From Candidatus Nomurabacteria bacterium (GTDB lineage Bacteria; Patescibacteriota; Minisyncoccia; Phycocordibacterales; UBA9973): 64,000 nt of DNA. The notes below the pieces were generated by a model that was not told the DNA's origin, made no database searches, and saw only the letters and a list, made by a program, of their open reading frames with translations. This document shows positions 17,811 to 27,031 of the stretch, piece by piece. The first letter of the stretch is position 1, and each line of letters begins with the position of its first letter. A program made the position numbers and the translations under genes. The stretch is taken from positions 91,377 through 155,376 of the forward strand of contig JANPIZ010000008.1 in the NCBI GenBank assembly GCA_031425235.1, given 5' to 3'.

Positions 17811-18806
17811 ATGGCATTTATAGATGAAATGAATATTGTGGCAGAAGCGGGCCGCGGTGGCGATGGTGTAGTGCGCTGGCGTCAAGAGAAGTTTATACCA
17901 AAAGGTGGGCCCGCGGGTGGTGATGCTGGTCGTGGTGGGGACTTTTATGCCCTCGCCGTACGCGATATACACATACTTTCAAAATACAAAGCAAAGAAAG
18001 AGTTTAAAGCGGGTCGTGGTAAGGACGGCGGGAACAAAAGTTTACATGGTGCAAATGGAGAAGACTTTTATTTAGAGTTGCCGATCGGCTCTATCATTAC
18101 CAATACGGGCACAGACGAAACATGGCAGCTTACCAAAGAAGGTGAAAAAATAATGTTGCTCAAAGGGGGCTATGGGGGCTTCGGTAACGAACATTTTAAA
18201 AGTTCTATAAATACAACTCCACAGGAGTCAAGACCTGGCGAAGAAGGAGAAAAAGGCAACTTCAAAATTGAGCTTGAACTTTTTGCTGATATTGGATTTA
18301 TTGGGTTACCAAATGCTGGTAAGTCATCCCTCTTGAATGCTCTCACAAATGCGCAAGCTCGGGTCGGTGACTATGCTTTTACGACGCTTGATCCAAACCT
18401 TGGTGATTTTTATAAGTTTATCATTGCAGATATTCCAGGAGTGATCGAGGGTGCTGCTGAAGGTAAGGGCCTCGGTGTAAAATTCTTAAAACATATCAAA
18501 CGTACAAAAATGCTTGCTCACCTTGTGTCATTTGAGAATGAAAACATGATGAAGAGTTATAAAGAAATTCGCAAGGAACTCGCTAAATATGACAAAAAAT
18601 TAAAGCTAAAAGAAGGTGGGCTTTCCGAAAAGGAAGAAATAATAATTCTTACGAAAAGTGACGTGATGGATGACGCTAAATTTATTGCAAAAAAAGTAAA
18701 AGAATTTCAAAAAATAACTAAAAAAGTTTTCGTGTTGTCGCTGTTTGACGATGCTGTTGTTAAAGATTTTGGCGATGAACTGGTTAAAATTCTTAAAAAA
18801 TTATAA
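17811..18806 (+). CDS. obgE: GTPase Obg
   Basis: Gly-rich N-terminus, GLPNAGKSS, DIPG. Confidence 0.96.
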   Translation: MAFIDEMNIVAEAGRGGDGVVRWRQEKFIPKGGPAGGDAGRGGDFYALAVRDIHILSKYKAKKEFKAGRGKDGGNKSLHGANGEDFYLELPIGSIITNTGTDETWQLTKEGEKIMLLKGGYGGFGNEHFKSSINTTPQESRPGEEGEKGNFKIELELFADIGFIGLPNAGKSSLLNALTNAQARVGDYAFTTLDPNLGDFYKFIIADIPGVIEGAAEGKGLGVKFLKHIKRTKMLAHLVSFENENMMKSYKEIRKELAKYDKKLKLKEGGLSEKEEIIILTKSDVMDDAKFIAKKVKEFQKITKKVFVLSLFDDAVVKDFGDELVKILKKL

Positions 18807-18875
18807 AACCTAAGTTTAAAATGCATGATTTTTATCTTTTGAAAAGAAGGAATTTTGTGTTAATATAAAAAACTT

Positions 18876-20300
18876 ATGAACAAAACATTACTTATAGTTA
18901 AAAAATACAAAATATACTTTATAATCGGGCTCGTAGTTATCCTCGGCGCAGGTTATTTTATCTTTGGACGCGGTAATGGAAATACTGAAGCTTTTACCGT
19001 AGTTAAAACAGATGTAGAGCAGTCAGTTGAACTCTCAGGTAAAGTCCAGACGAGCGATCGGGCGGATCTTGGTTTTGCTTCTTCTGGGCGTGTCGCTCGT
19101 ATTTTAGTAAAAAATAACCAAGTAGTACAACGTGGAGCGGTGCTCGCACAATTAGAAATCGGGGACTTGTTGGCAGATTTACGGATTAGACAAGCAGATT
19201 TACGAACTGAAGGAGTTGACCTGGAAGCCGCTAAAGAAGAACTCAATAGAATAATCAAACAAGAGGATGCAAAGGTTGAAAGTGCGTATAGTAAACTTTT
19301 ATCAAGTGACCTGGTTTTGGTGCCTGACTCTAATAGTTATCCCGCCAACGCTCCAAGTATCAGTGGTCTATACGACGGAAAGGAAGGACAATATAAAGTT
19401 TCAATCGATAAAAAAAACATAACATTGCCTGACTTCACTTTAAAAACATTTGGACTCGAAACTACAAGTAGAATTATAAATGAGGAATCTCCGACAGCTC
19501 TTGGTTCCAAGGGTTTATACATTTCTTTTTCTAGTAATGACATAGATCCATACCTAGACACTATTTGGTATTTACATATACCCAATAAATCTGGTCCGTC
19601 GTATGTAGCTAATTATAATGCCTATAATGAGGCAAAGAAAAACCGCGACCTTGCGGTACAAAACGCAGAATTTAAATACAAAAAACTTGTAACCGAGGGA
19701 GACAACGGTAATAATACGGTAGCTCAAGCTGAAATCCAAAAGATCAATGCAGAGATTCGAAAAAATACAATCTACGCTCCATTTACTGGGAAAGTTACAA
19801 ATATTGAAAGAGAGGTTGGCGAAAATGCCTCTATTGGCGAGCGAGTTATTTCTATCCTTGGTGAAAATAAACTTGAGGTTGTGTTACAAGTTTCCGAACT
19901 TGATGTGTCACGTCTTACACCAGGCGCCAATGTGAAACTTACACTCGACGCATTACCAGCTGAAGAATTTATAGGAACAATAGAAACCATTAACTCACGA
20001 GACACAGAAATAGAAGGCGTACCGGTGTACGAAGCGTTCGTGGCTGTGAATGCAGATGCTCGCATTAAAACAGGTATGACAGCGACTGGTACAGTGATTT
20101 TGATGACAAAAACTGGAGTTCTTGCCATTCCAAACTATTTTGTTAAAAAAGTTGACCAAAAAAATATTGTTGAAGTTCTCTCAGGGAAATCTACAGCAGA
20201 CCGAGAAGTTACATTAGGGCTTGTAGGTAGCGATAGTATGGTAGAAATTATATCCGGCCTTACAGAAGGAGATAAAATAGTTGCAGCTCCTAAACAATAA
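18876..20300 (+). CDS. Efflux periplasmic adaptor (HlyD/MacA-like)
   Basis: N-terminal TM, lipoyl halves, IYAPFTG, IKTGMTA. Confidence 0.88.
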   Translation: MNKTLLIVKKYKIYFIIGLVVILGAGYFIFGRGNGNTEAFTVVKTDVEQSVELSGKVQTSDRADLGFASSGRVARILVKNNQVVQRGAVLAQLEIGDLLADLRIRQADLRTEGVDLEAAKEELNRIIKQEDAKVESAYSKLLSSDLVLVPDSNSYPANAPSISGLYDGKEGQYKVSIDKKNITLPDFTLKTFGLETTSRIINEESPTALGSKGLYISFSSNDIDPYLDTIWYLHIPNKSGPSYVANYNAYNEAKKNRDLAVQNAEFKYKKLVTEGDNGNNTVAQAEIQKINAEIRKNTIYAPFTGKVTNIEREVGENASIGERVISILGENKLEVVLQVSELDVSRLTPGANVKLTLDALPAEEFIGTIETINSRDTEIEGVPVYEAFVAVNADARIKTGMTATGTVILMTKTGVLAIPNYFVKKVDQKNIVEVLSGKSTADREVTLGLVGSDSMVEIISGLTEGDKIVAAPKQ

Positions 20301-20305
20301 ACTCG

Positions 20306-21592
20306 ATGAATCTAGTAAAAAATCAGAAAGTTAAAAAATGGTCAAAAGTTTTTTCTGTTGGATGGTTTTTAGCTGTTCGTCAAATTAAAGGATCAAATAA
20401 ATCCACTACATTTCTGATCATATTTATTATGATGCTTACTTTTTTGAATCTTGTAGTTGTGTCAGGAATTTTGATCGGACTTATTGAAGGAGGTAACAGA
20501 GCAAACAAAGAGCAATACACTGGAGATGTTATCATCACTACGCTTACCGGTAAAGAAGAAATAGGGCATACGAATGAAATCAAAAGTACGTTAGCGCAAA
20601 TGTCTGGAGTGTCTGATTTTAGTGTGCGTTATCTAGCGCCAGTGCAAATCGAGGCAAATTATAAAACGAGACGCGATTTTAGTGAACTTCGAGACACGGC
20701 GGGTACCCAGGTTTCTGGTATTTCTTTGAAAGATGAAGAGGCCTTGTCAAGAATCTCAACATTTGTCGTCGAAGGTGAATTTTTAGATGAAAAAGAAAGT
20801 GGATATATTGTACTCGGAGCCAATTTGCTTTACCGCTACTCAGCAGGCTTTGGTGATTTCTTCGCTTCACTCGATGGTGTGTATCCTGGTGACGAAGTTA
20901 AGGTCACTGTTGGAGAAAATACAAAAACTTTTATTGTAAAAGGAATTTTAGATACTAAGGTTGACGCAATGTCATTACGAGCGTTTCTCACTCAAGCTGA
21001 TTTTTTAAGGTTGGTAGATAAACCAACTTTAAACGCCAACGAAGTCGCAATACGCATTGACCCTGTATCAACAGCAACACCAGAATCAATAAAAAATAAT
21101 TTAGTACAAATGAAATTTAATGAAGACGGAAAAATTCAGACGGCCATAGAAGCTATACCGGACTTCCTAAATCAAATCCGGATTGCGTTTAGTCTTCTGG
21201 GGAATGTTATCGGACTTATCGGTATCGTTGTCGCTTCGATCACTATATTTATCGTTATTTTTATTAACGCGGTCACCCGGAGAAAGTATATAGGTATCAT
21301 GAAAGGTATAGGAATATCGGATAAAGCTATTGAGGTTTCGTATATTTTTCAATCTATTTTTTACGCATTGATTGGAGGAACGCTTGGAATTGCTATCGTC
21401 TATCTAGTCCTCGTACCTTTTTTCAATGCATATCCACTCAATTTTCCATTTTCTGACGGTATACTTGTGGCACCGGTGAACGAAACAATGTTTAAATTTT
21501 TCTTGTTGATGTTGGTCACCCTAATCGCTGGATATATACCTGCTCGAAACATTGTAAAGAAAAATACACTCGACAGTATTTTAGGAAGGTAG
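20306..21592 (+). CDS. ABC permease, FtsX/MacB/LolE family
   Basis: 4-TM layout, RRKYIGIMKGIG, GYIPAR. Confidence 0.9.
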   Translation: MNLVKNQKVKKWSKVFSVGWFLAVRQIKGSNKSTTFLIIFIMMLTFLNLVVVSGILIGLIEGGNRANKEQYTGDVIITTLTGKEEIGHTNEIKSTLAQMSGVSDFSVRYLAPVQIEANYKTRRDFSELRDTAGTQVSGISLKDEEALSRISTFVVEGEFLDEKESGYIVLGANLLYRYSAGFGDFFASLDGVYPGDEVKVTVGENTKTFIVKGILDTKVDAMSLRAFLTQADFLRLVDKPTLNANEVAIRIDPVSTATPESIKNNLVQMKFNEDGKIQTAIEAIPDFLNQIRIAFSLLGNVIGLIGIVVASITIFIVIFINAVTRRKYIGIMKGIGISDKAIEVSYIFQSIFYALIGGTLGIAIVYLVLVPFFNAYPLNFPFSDGILVAPVNETMFKFFLLMLVTLIAGYIPARNIVKKNTLDSILGR

Positions 21593-21599
21593 AAAATAA

Positions 21600-21673
21600 T
21601 ACTTGTCCCGTACTAAATTTTTGATTACGGGGCATAAAAATAAACATTATTAATTTAAAATTTTAGTACCGGG
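21600..21673 (+). repeat. Start-codon-abutting hairpin element, family A copy 3 (74 nt)
   Basis: TACTTGTCCCGTACTAAATTTTTGATTACGGG...TTAAAATTTTAGTACCGGG then ATG 21674. Confidence 0.92.
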
Positions 21674-22354
21674 ATGATTAAAGTAAAAAATTTAGTAAAA
21701 ACATATAAGGATGGCGATATTGAGACTTCTGTGTTACGAGGGATTGATTTGGAAGTGAGAGAAGGCGAATTCCTCGGAATTATGGGAAAGTCAGGAGCAG
21801 GAAAGTCGACTTTCATGTATCAGATTGGACTACTAGACCATCCAACTGGGGGAGAAATTGTTTTAAATAATATCAATACTGAAAGTATGACTACGGAGGA
21901 GAGAACTCATCTGCGTCTTACAGAGCTAGGTTATGTGTTTCAAGATTATGCGCTTATTCCTGAACTTACTGCAGCTGAAAACGTAATGATCCCGCTTCTG
22001 ATGAAGGGACATACGAAAACTGAGGCCCGTGATGTGTCGGTAAAAATGCTTGAACGTATCGGCTTGTCGCATAGAATGGATAATAAGCCGAGCCAGCTTT
22101 CTGGAGGAGAACAACAACGAGTATCGATCGCGAGAGCGACAGCGCACAATCCTAAGATTTTATTTGCCGACGAACCAACGGCAAACCTTGATACCACGTC
22201 AGGACTTTCGATAATTGAACTTTTTAAAGATTTACATAAAGCTGGGCAAACTATTGTGATGGTTACCCATGAGGAAGAGTACGCAAAGTATTGCGACAGA
22301 GTTGTATACCTCGAAGATGGAAAAATAGTCCGAGAATTTAAACCTGGTAAATAA
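21674..22354 (+). CDS. ABC ATP-binding protein (LolD/MacB-like)
   Basis: GKSGAGKST, LSGGEQQRV, FADEPT. Confidence 0.95.
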   Translation: MIKVKNLVKTYKDGDIETSVLRGIDLEVREGEFLGIMGKSGAGKSTFMYQIGLLDHPTGGEIVLNNINTESMTTEERTHLRLTELGYVFQDYALIPELTAAENVMIPLLMKGHTKTEARDVSVKMLERIGLSHRMDNKPSQLSGGEQQRVSIARATAHNPKILFADEPTANLDTTSGLSIIELFKDLHKAGQTIVMVTHEEEYAKYCDRVVYLEDGKIVREFKPGK

Positions 22355-22423
22355 CCTATAAGTATGGTATTACTAGGTTAGAAAAACTACAGCAACTATG
22401 CTCAAAATAGTAAGGAAGAAAAT

Positions 22424-22642
22424 ATGGAAAACTATGTAATTGCGCGCGAGCTTCCCTTTCCTTATAAAGAAAATAAGGAAGAAATCACTTGCGATGTGCT
22501 GTTCCCTGATGGGACAATTATCGAGAATGGTATAGTGACCACGTATCCAGATGGTATGAAGTCACTAAGGATAATAATTCATGGCTGGGAATTAGGAACA
22601 TTTCAGTCTGGTCTAAAAGGGTTAAAATTTAAGGTCAAATAA
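22424..22642 (+). CDS. Hypothetical protein
   Basis: 72-aa ORF with purine-rich SD-like site; terminator hairpin at 22641-22683. Confidence 0.6.
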   Translation: MENYVIARELPFPYKENKEEITCDVLFPDGTIIENGIVTTYPDGMKSLRIIIHGWELGTFQSGLKGLKFKVK

Positions 22643-22729
22643 GCCGTTTACTCATTCGAAAAGCCGATGAGGAAACGGCTTTTCACTTTTTAGACATTTT
22701 AAGCCTTTATTGATATACTCTAAATACGT

Positions 22730-22828
22730 ATGTCAGATAAAAAGTATTACTATACTATCGGTTTGGAAATTCATCCCAGCAGCAGAGCAAAGCTCGCTAC
22801 GGGACAGGCGCTGAACTCTTATGAATAA
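22730..22828 (+). pseudogene. Relic gatB 5' end interrupted by a 35-nt palindromic element (22775-22809)
   Basis: MSDKKYYYTIGLEIH-[insert]-AEL duplicates GatB MNKYYYTIGLEIHAEL with different synonymous codons. Confidence 0.85.
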
Positions 22829-24254
22829 ATATTACTACACAATTGGACTAGAAATACACGCAGAGCTAAAAACTTTGACGAAGATGTTTTGTGGGTGTAA
22901 GAATGACCCAGATGAAACTAAACCAAATGTAAATATTTGCCCGGTGTGTATGGCTCATCCAGGTGCTCTTCCGGTAATAAATAAAAAGGCTATAGAACAA
23001 GTAATAAAAGTTGGCCTTGCTGTCGATGCAAAGATTGCTGACTTTTCAGAATTTGATCGTAAAAACTATTTCTATCCAGATATTCCAAAGGGCTACCAGA
23101 TTTCACAATATAAATATCCAATAGTTTCTGGCGGCCATTTGGCTGATATGGACATCACCCGTATTCACCTCGAGGAAGATACTGCGAACAATAAACACCG
23201 CGGAGAAATATCACTTATCGATTTCAATCGTGCCGGAGTGCCGCTTATGGAGCTCGTAACTGAGCCGCATACATTTGAGTCAGCGGAAGAAGCTGCTAAA
23301 ACAGCGAGTAATTTTGCCAAAGAATATCAACTCATTTTATGGTACCTCGGAGCTTCGGAAGCAAATATGGAAAAAGGCGAGATGCGTGTAGAAGCTAATG
23401 TATCTGTGTCTCCAGATAAAGACAAAAAATGGACAAATTATGTAGAGGTGAAAAACCTAAATTCTTTTAAAAGTGTCGAGCGAGCTATCAAATTTGAGGT
23501 AGAACGCATGACAGCTTTGTGGAATGAAGGTAAAGAGAATGAAATAATAAAAGAGACGAGAGGTTTCGACGAAAGTAAACAAAAAACATTTTCACAGCGC
23601 TCAAAAGAAAACGCTGAGGATTATAGGTATTTCCCTGATCCAGATTTACCGAAACTCAAGCTTTACGAAGCTTTTGATATAGAAAAAATGAAAGCTGAAT
23701 TACCAGAATTACCAGTAGCTAAACGCGCTCGTTATAAAAATGATTTCGGAATTAAAGATGAGGATATAGAAATATATATAAATGACCTTGAAATAGGCTA
23801 TTGGTTTGAGAGTATTGCAAAATTATTAGGTGAAAAGGATAAAGTAAAAATTGCATCGAATTACATAACTTCAGATTTCTTAGGTCTCAAAAAGACCAAC
23901 TTGGCGACCAGGTCGCCAAGTGCGGAAAATTTCACTGAGTTGATAAATTTAGTTTCAGAAAATAAATTATCTTCACGAAGCGCAAAAGATATTCTTGCTA
24001 TGATAGTCATAAACGATGAATCACCATTACAAATAGCTACAGAAAAGAATTTACTTCAGAGTAATGATGAAGGTGCACTAAAAGAAATTGTCCAAAAAAT
24101 AATTGATGAAAATCCTGAGCCAGTGGCTTCGTATAAATCAGGTAAGGAAAATGCTATTATGTCACTCGTCGGGAAAATAATAAAAGCTTCCAATGGTGCT
24201 GCAAACCCTCAAGTGGTTATCAAACTTCTCAAAGAAATGCTCGCCTCGTCGTAG
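22821..24254 (+). CDS. gatB: Asp/Glu-tRNA amidotransferase subunit B
   Basis: IGLEIH, FDRKNYFYPD, DYRYFPDPDLP. Confidence 0.97.
   Translation: MNKYYYTIGLEIHAELKTLTKMFCGCKNDPDETKPNVNICPVCMAHPGALPVINKKAIEQVIKVGLAVDAKIADFSEFDRKNYFYPDIPKGYQISQYKYPIVSGGHLADMDITRIHLEEDTANNKHRGEISLIDFNRAGVPLMELVTEPHTFESAEEAAKTASNFAKEYQLILWYLGASEANMEKGEMRVEANVSVSPDKDKKWTNYVEVKNLNSFKSVERAIKFEVERMTALWNEGKENEIIKETRGFDESKQKTFSQRSKENAEDYRYFPDPDLPKLKLYEAFDIEKMKAELPELPVAKRARYKNDFGIKDEDIEIYINDLEIGYWFESIAKLLGEKDKVKIASNYITSDFLGLKKTNLATRSPSAENFTELINLVSENKLSSRSAKDILAMIVINDESPLQIATEKNLLQSNDEGALKEIVQKIIDENPEPVASYKSGKENAIMSLVGKIIKASNGAANPQVVIKLLKEMLASS
23899..23921. repeat. 23-bp palindrome in frame in gatB
   Basis: ACTTGGCGACCAGGTCGCCAAGT, identical to 59851-59873 in topA. 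Confidence 0.88.
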
Positions 24255-24287
24255 CTTTTTTACTAAAGACGGGCTAAAATAGATTAT

Positions 24288-25151
24288 ATGACAACGGTGA
24301 AAACACTTCGCGAATGTTTGCAAGAAGCAGAAGCAAAAGGTGTGGCGATAGGGCATTTTAATATTTCCAACCTAGAAGCTTTGCATGCTATATATATTGC
24401 GGCCAGAAAACTGAATGTTCCAGTGATCATCGGTCTTTCGGAGGGCGAAGAAAAGTTTGTGGGTACCGAAGAAGCATACGCTCTTATCCACACACTTCGA
24501 GAAAAAGATAATTACCCAATTTTTCTAAATGCCGATCATCATGCTTCTTTTGAGTCCGTAAAAAAGTGCATTGACGCTGGTTTTGATTCGGTTATTATCG
24601 ATGGAGCTAAATTGAGTTTTGAAGAAAACGTAAAAGTTACCAAAGAATGCGTGGAGTATGCTCGTAGTTCCGGTCGCGAGGTGTTAGTCGAAGCAGAGCT
24701 CGGGTATATTGGTTCTGGTTCTGATATTAAAGATGCGATACCTGAGGGCGCGGGTGTGCTTACCACAGTAGAAGATGCAAAAAAGTTTATAGAAATGACA
24801 GGTGTAGACTTATTTGCTCCATCAGTGGGAAGCATTCACGGACTCATAAAAAGTGGCAAGCCACACATTGATGAAAAACGAGTACAAGAAATAAAGGAAG
24901 CGGTACACATACCACTCGTATTGCACGGAGGTTCCGGGCTTCGCGATGAAGATTTTACAAATGCCATAAAAGCTGGAGTTTCTGTAGTACATATAAACTC
25001 TGAAATCAGGCTTGCGTACAAAGAAGCTGTGGAAAAGTTTATAGAAGAACATCAAAATGAAATCACGCCCGCAAAGATTTTACAGCCAGCTGTGGATGCA
25101 ATAGAAAAAATAGTAGAAGCTCGACTAAAACTTTTTAATAATATAAATTAA
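24288..25151 (+). CDS. fba: Class II fructose-bisphosphate aldolase
   Basis: NADH, VEAELG, GSIHG, LVLHGGSG. Confidence 0.92.
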   Translation: MTTVKTLRECLQEAEAKGVAIGHFNISNLEALHAIYIAARKLNVPVIIGLSEGEEKFVGTEEAYALIHTLREKDNYPIFLNADHHASFESVKKCIDAGFDSVIIDGAKLSFEENVKVTKECVEYARSSGREVLVEAELGYIGSGSDIKDAIPEGAGVLTTVEDAKKFIEMTGVDLFAPSVGSIHGLIKSGKPHIDEKRVQEIKEAVHIPLVLHGGSGLRDEDFTNAIKAGVSVVHINSEIRLAYKEAVEKFIEEHQNEITPAKILQPAVDAIEKIVEARLKLFNNIN

Positions 25152-25165
25152 TTTTACCTAAACGA

Positions 25166-26962
25166 TTGAAAGAAGATATAAAAGAACAATTACAAAAATT
25201 TTTTAAAGGAGAAGTTGCGGATGATGATGCAACTCTTTTTACATATTCGCACGATGCGAGCTTGCTCGAAGTAACTCCAAAGGTTGTCGTGTATCCCTTT
25301 GATTCTGACGATGTGAAGGCGCTCATAAAGTGGGTAAATGAAAATAAGGATAAATACCTTGACCCCGCCATCGGCGGGGCGAGCCTCTCCATTACTCCTC
25401 GGTGCGCCGGGACGGATATGTCAGGTGGCGCTATAGGTGAATCCATAATTATGGATTTTACACGCCACATGAATAAACTTGTGGGTGGACCCTTACCACT
25501 TGAAAGCTCTAACACTAACCAGGCTCAAAAATTTAATAATTATCCGCTCGTCCCATCATATATCACTGTGCAGCCCGGTATGTTTTATCGAGATTTTGAA
25601 AAAATAACTTTACAGAAAGGACTTATCTTGCCTTGCTACACTGCTTCAAAAAGTCTCAATGCTATGGGTGGCATGTATGCCAATAATTCTGCTGGGGAGC
25701 GAACATTAAAATATGGAAAGACGGAAGACTACGTACTTTCGGCAAAAATTGTTTTCCATGATGGGAATGAGTACACTATAAAACCACTTACACAAGACGA
25801 ACTCAATAAAAAAATGGGTATGGGTGGAACTGAAGGTGATATATATAGACGAATCAATAAGTTGATTACAGATAACGAGGAAGATATCAAATACGCCAAA
25901 CCTCGTGTCCATAAAAATTCTGCTGGATATTATATTTGGAATGTTGTAGAAAACTCTTCGGAAAAGAATTTTAAGTTTGATCTCAATAAACTTCTCGTTG
26001 GTTCTCAAGGCACGCTCGGTATTGTGACCGAAATTACCTTCAAGGTTATCCCAAACCCAAAGTATTCAAAACTCGTAGCTATTTTTATGAACGACCTTAC
26101 GCCACTCGGGCGACTTGTCGACGAAATTTTAGAAGTAAATCCGGAAACGCTCGAAGCCTATGACGACAAAACTATGAATCTTGCAGTTAAATTTTTCCCA
26201 GATTTTTTAAAACATAAAGGTATTCTGGGAATGATAAAAATCGCGTGGAGTTTTTTGCCCGAGTTTTTTATGTTACTCACAAATGGATTTCCAAAATTGA
26301 TTATACTCGCTGAATTTGCGGGCGAAAATGAGCTCGACGTACATAATCAATGCGTAAAGCTTGCTAAAAAAATAAAACCTTTTAAATTAAAAATTCATAT
26401 TACAAAAGATGAACAAGAAGCAAATAAGTATTGGAATATTCGCAGAGAAAGTTTTGCGTTGCTTCGCAAGCACGTCAGAGGTCTACGCACTGCACCATTC
26501 ATAGATGATATAATAGTTCGCCCCGAATTTTTACCTAAGTTTATTCCGGAGTTAAATGCAATTCTCGGTAAGTATAAACTTATGTATACTGTGGCTGGCC
26601 ACGCTGGCGATGGAAACTTTCACATTATTCCACTTATGGATTTTAGACGACCGGACACTGCAAAAATAATTATAGACTTGTCAGACAAAGTATATGATTT
26701 AGTTATAAAATACCATGGCTCCATTACAGCCGAGCATAATGATGGACTTATTCGCACACCTTATTTACAAAAAATGTATGGTGAAAAAATAATAAAAATT
26801 TTCACAGATATCAAGAAAGTTTTCGACCCAAAAAATATTTTTAACCCTGGTAAAAAGATAGCTTTGAACAATAACGAAAATAGCGCTCAAGGTGGAGCAG
26901 GCACAAAAGAATATATCGTCACTCATATAGCAAGAGAACACAAGGCGGTCCATAAAGTTTAA
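25166..26962 (+). CDS. FAD-binding oxidoreductase (GlcD/D-lactate dehydrogenase-like)
   Basis: GSQGTLG, GHAGDGNFH, AEHNDG, FDPKNIFNPGK. Confidence 0.9.
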   Translation: MKEDIKEQLQKFFKGEVADDDATLFTYSHDASLLEVTPKVVVYPFDSDDVKALIKWVNENKDKYLDPAIGGASLSITPRCAGTDMSGGAIGESIIMDFTRHMNKLVGGPLPLESSNTNQAQKFNNYPLVPSYITVQPGMFYRDFEKITLQKGLILPCYTASKSLNAMGGMYANNSAGERTLKYGKTEDYVLSAKIVFHDGNEYTIKPLTQDELNKKMGMGGTEGDIYRRINKLITDNEEDIKYAKPRVHKNSAGYYIWNVVENSSEKNFKFDLNKLLVGSQGTLGIVTEITFKVIPNPKYSKLVAIFMNDLTPLGRLVDEILEVNPETLEAYDDKTMNLAVKFFPDFLKHKGILGMIKIAWSFLPEFFMLLTNGFPKLIILAEFAGENELDVHNQCVKLAKKIKPFKLKIHITKDEQEANKYWNIRRESFALLRKHVRGLRTAPFIDDIIVRPEFLPKFIPELNAILGKYKLMYTVAGHAGDGNFHIIPLMDFRRPDTAKIIIDLSDKVYDLVIKYHGSITAEHNDGLIRTPYLQKMYGEKIIKIFTDIKKVFDPKNIFNPGKKIALNNNENSAQGGAGTKEYIVTHIAREHKAVHKV

Positions 26963-27031
26963 CATTCTATACGTAAAAGTTACGCACCTGGGTCTATTGA
27001 CATTCAAAAAAATAGTTACATACTTATTAAT

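Noticed and set aside
22641-22683. CCGATGAG..GAAAC as a hammerhead ribozyme core
   Set aside because: There is no stem II between GATGA and GAAA; it folds as a simple terminator hairpin
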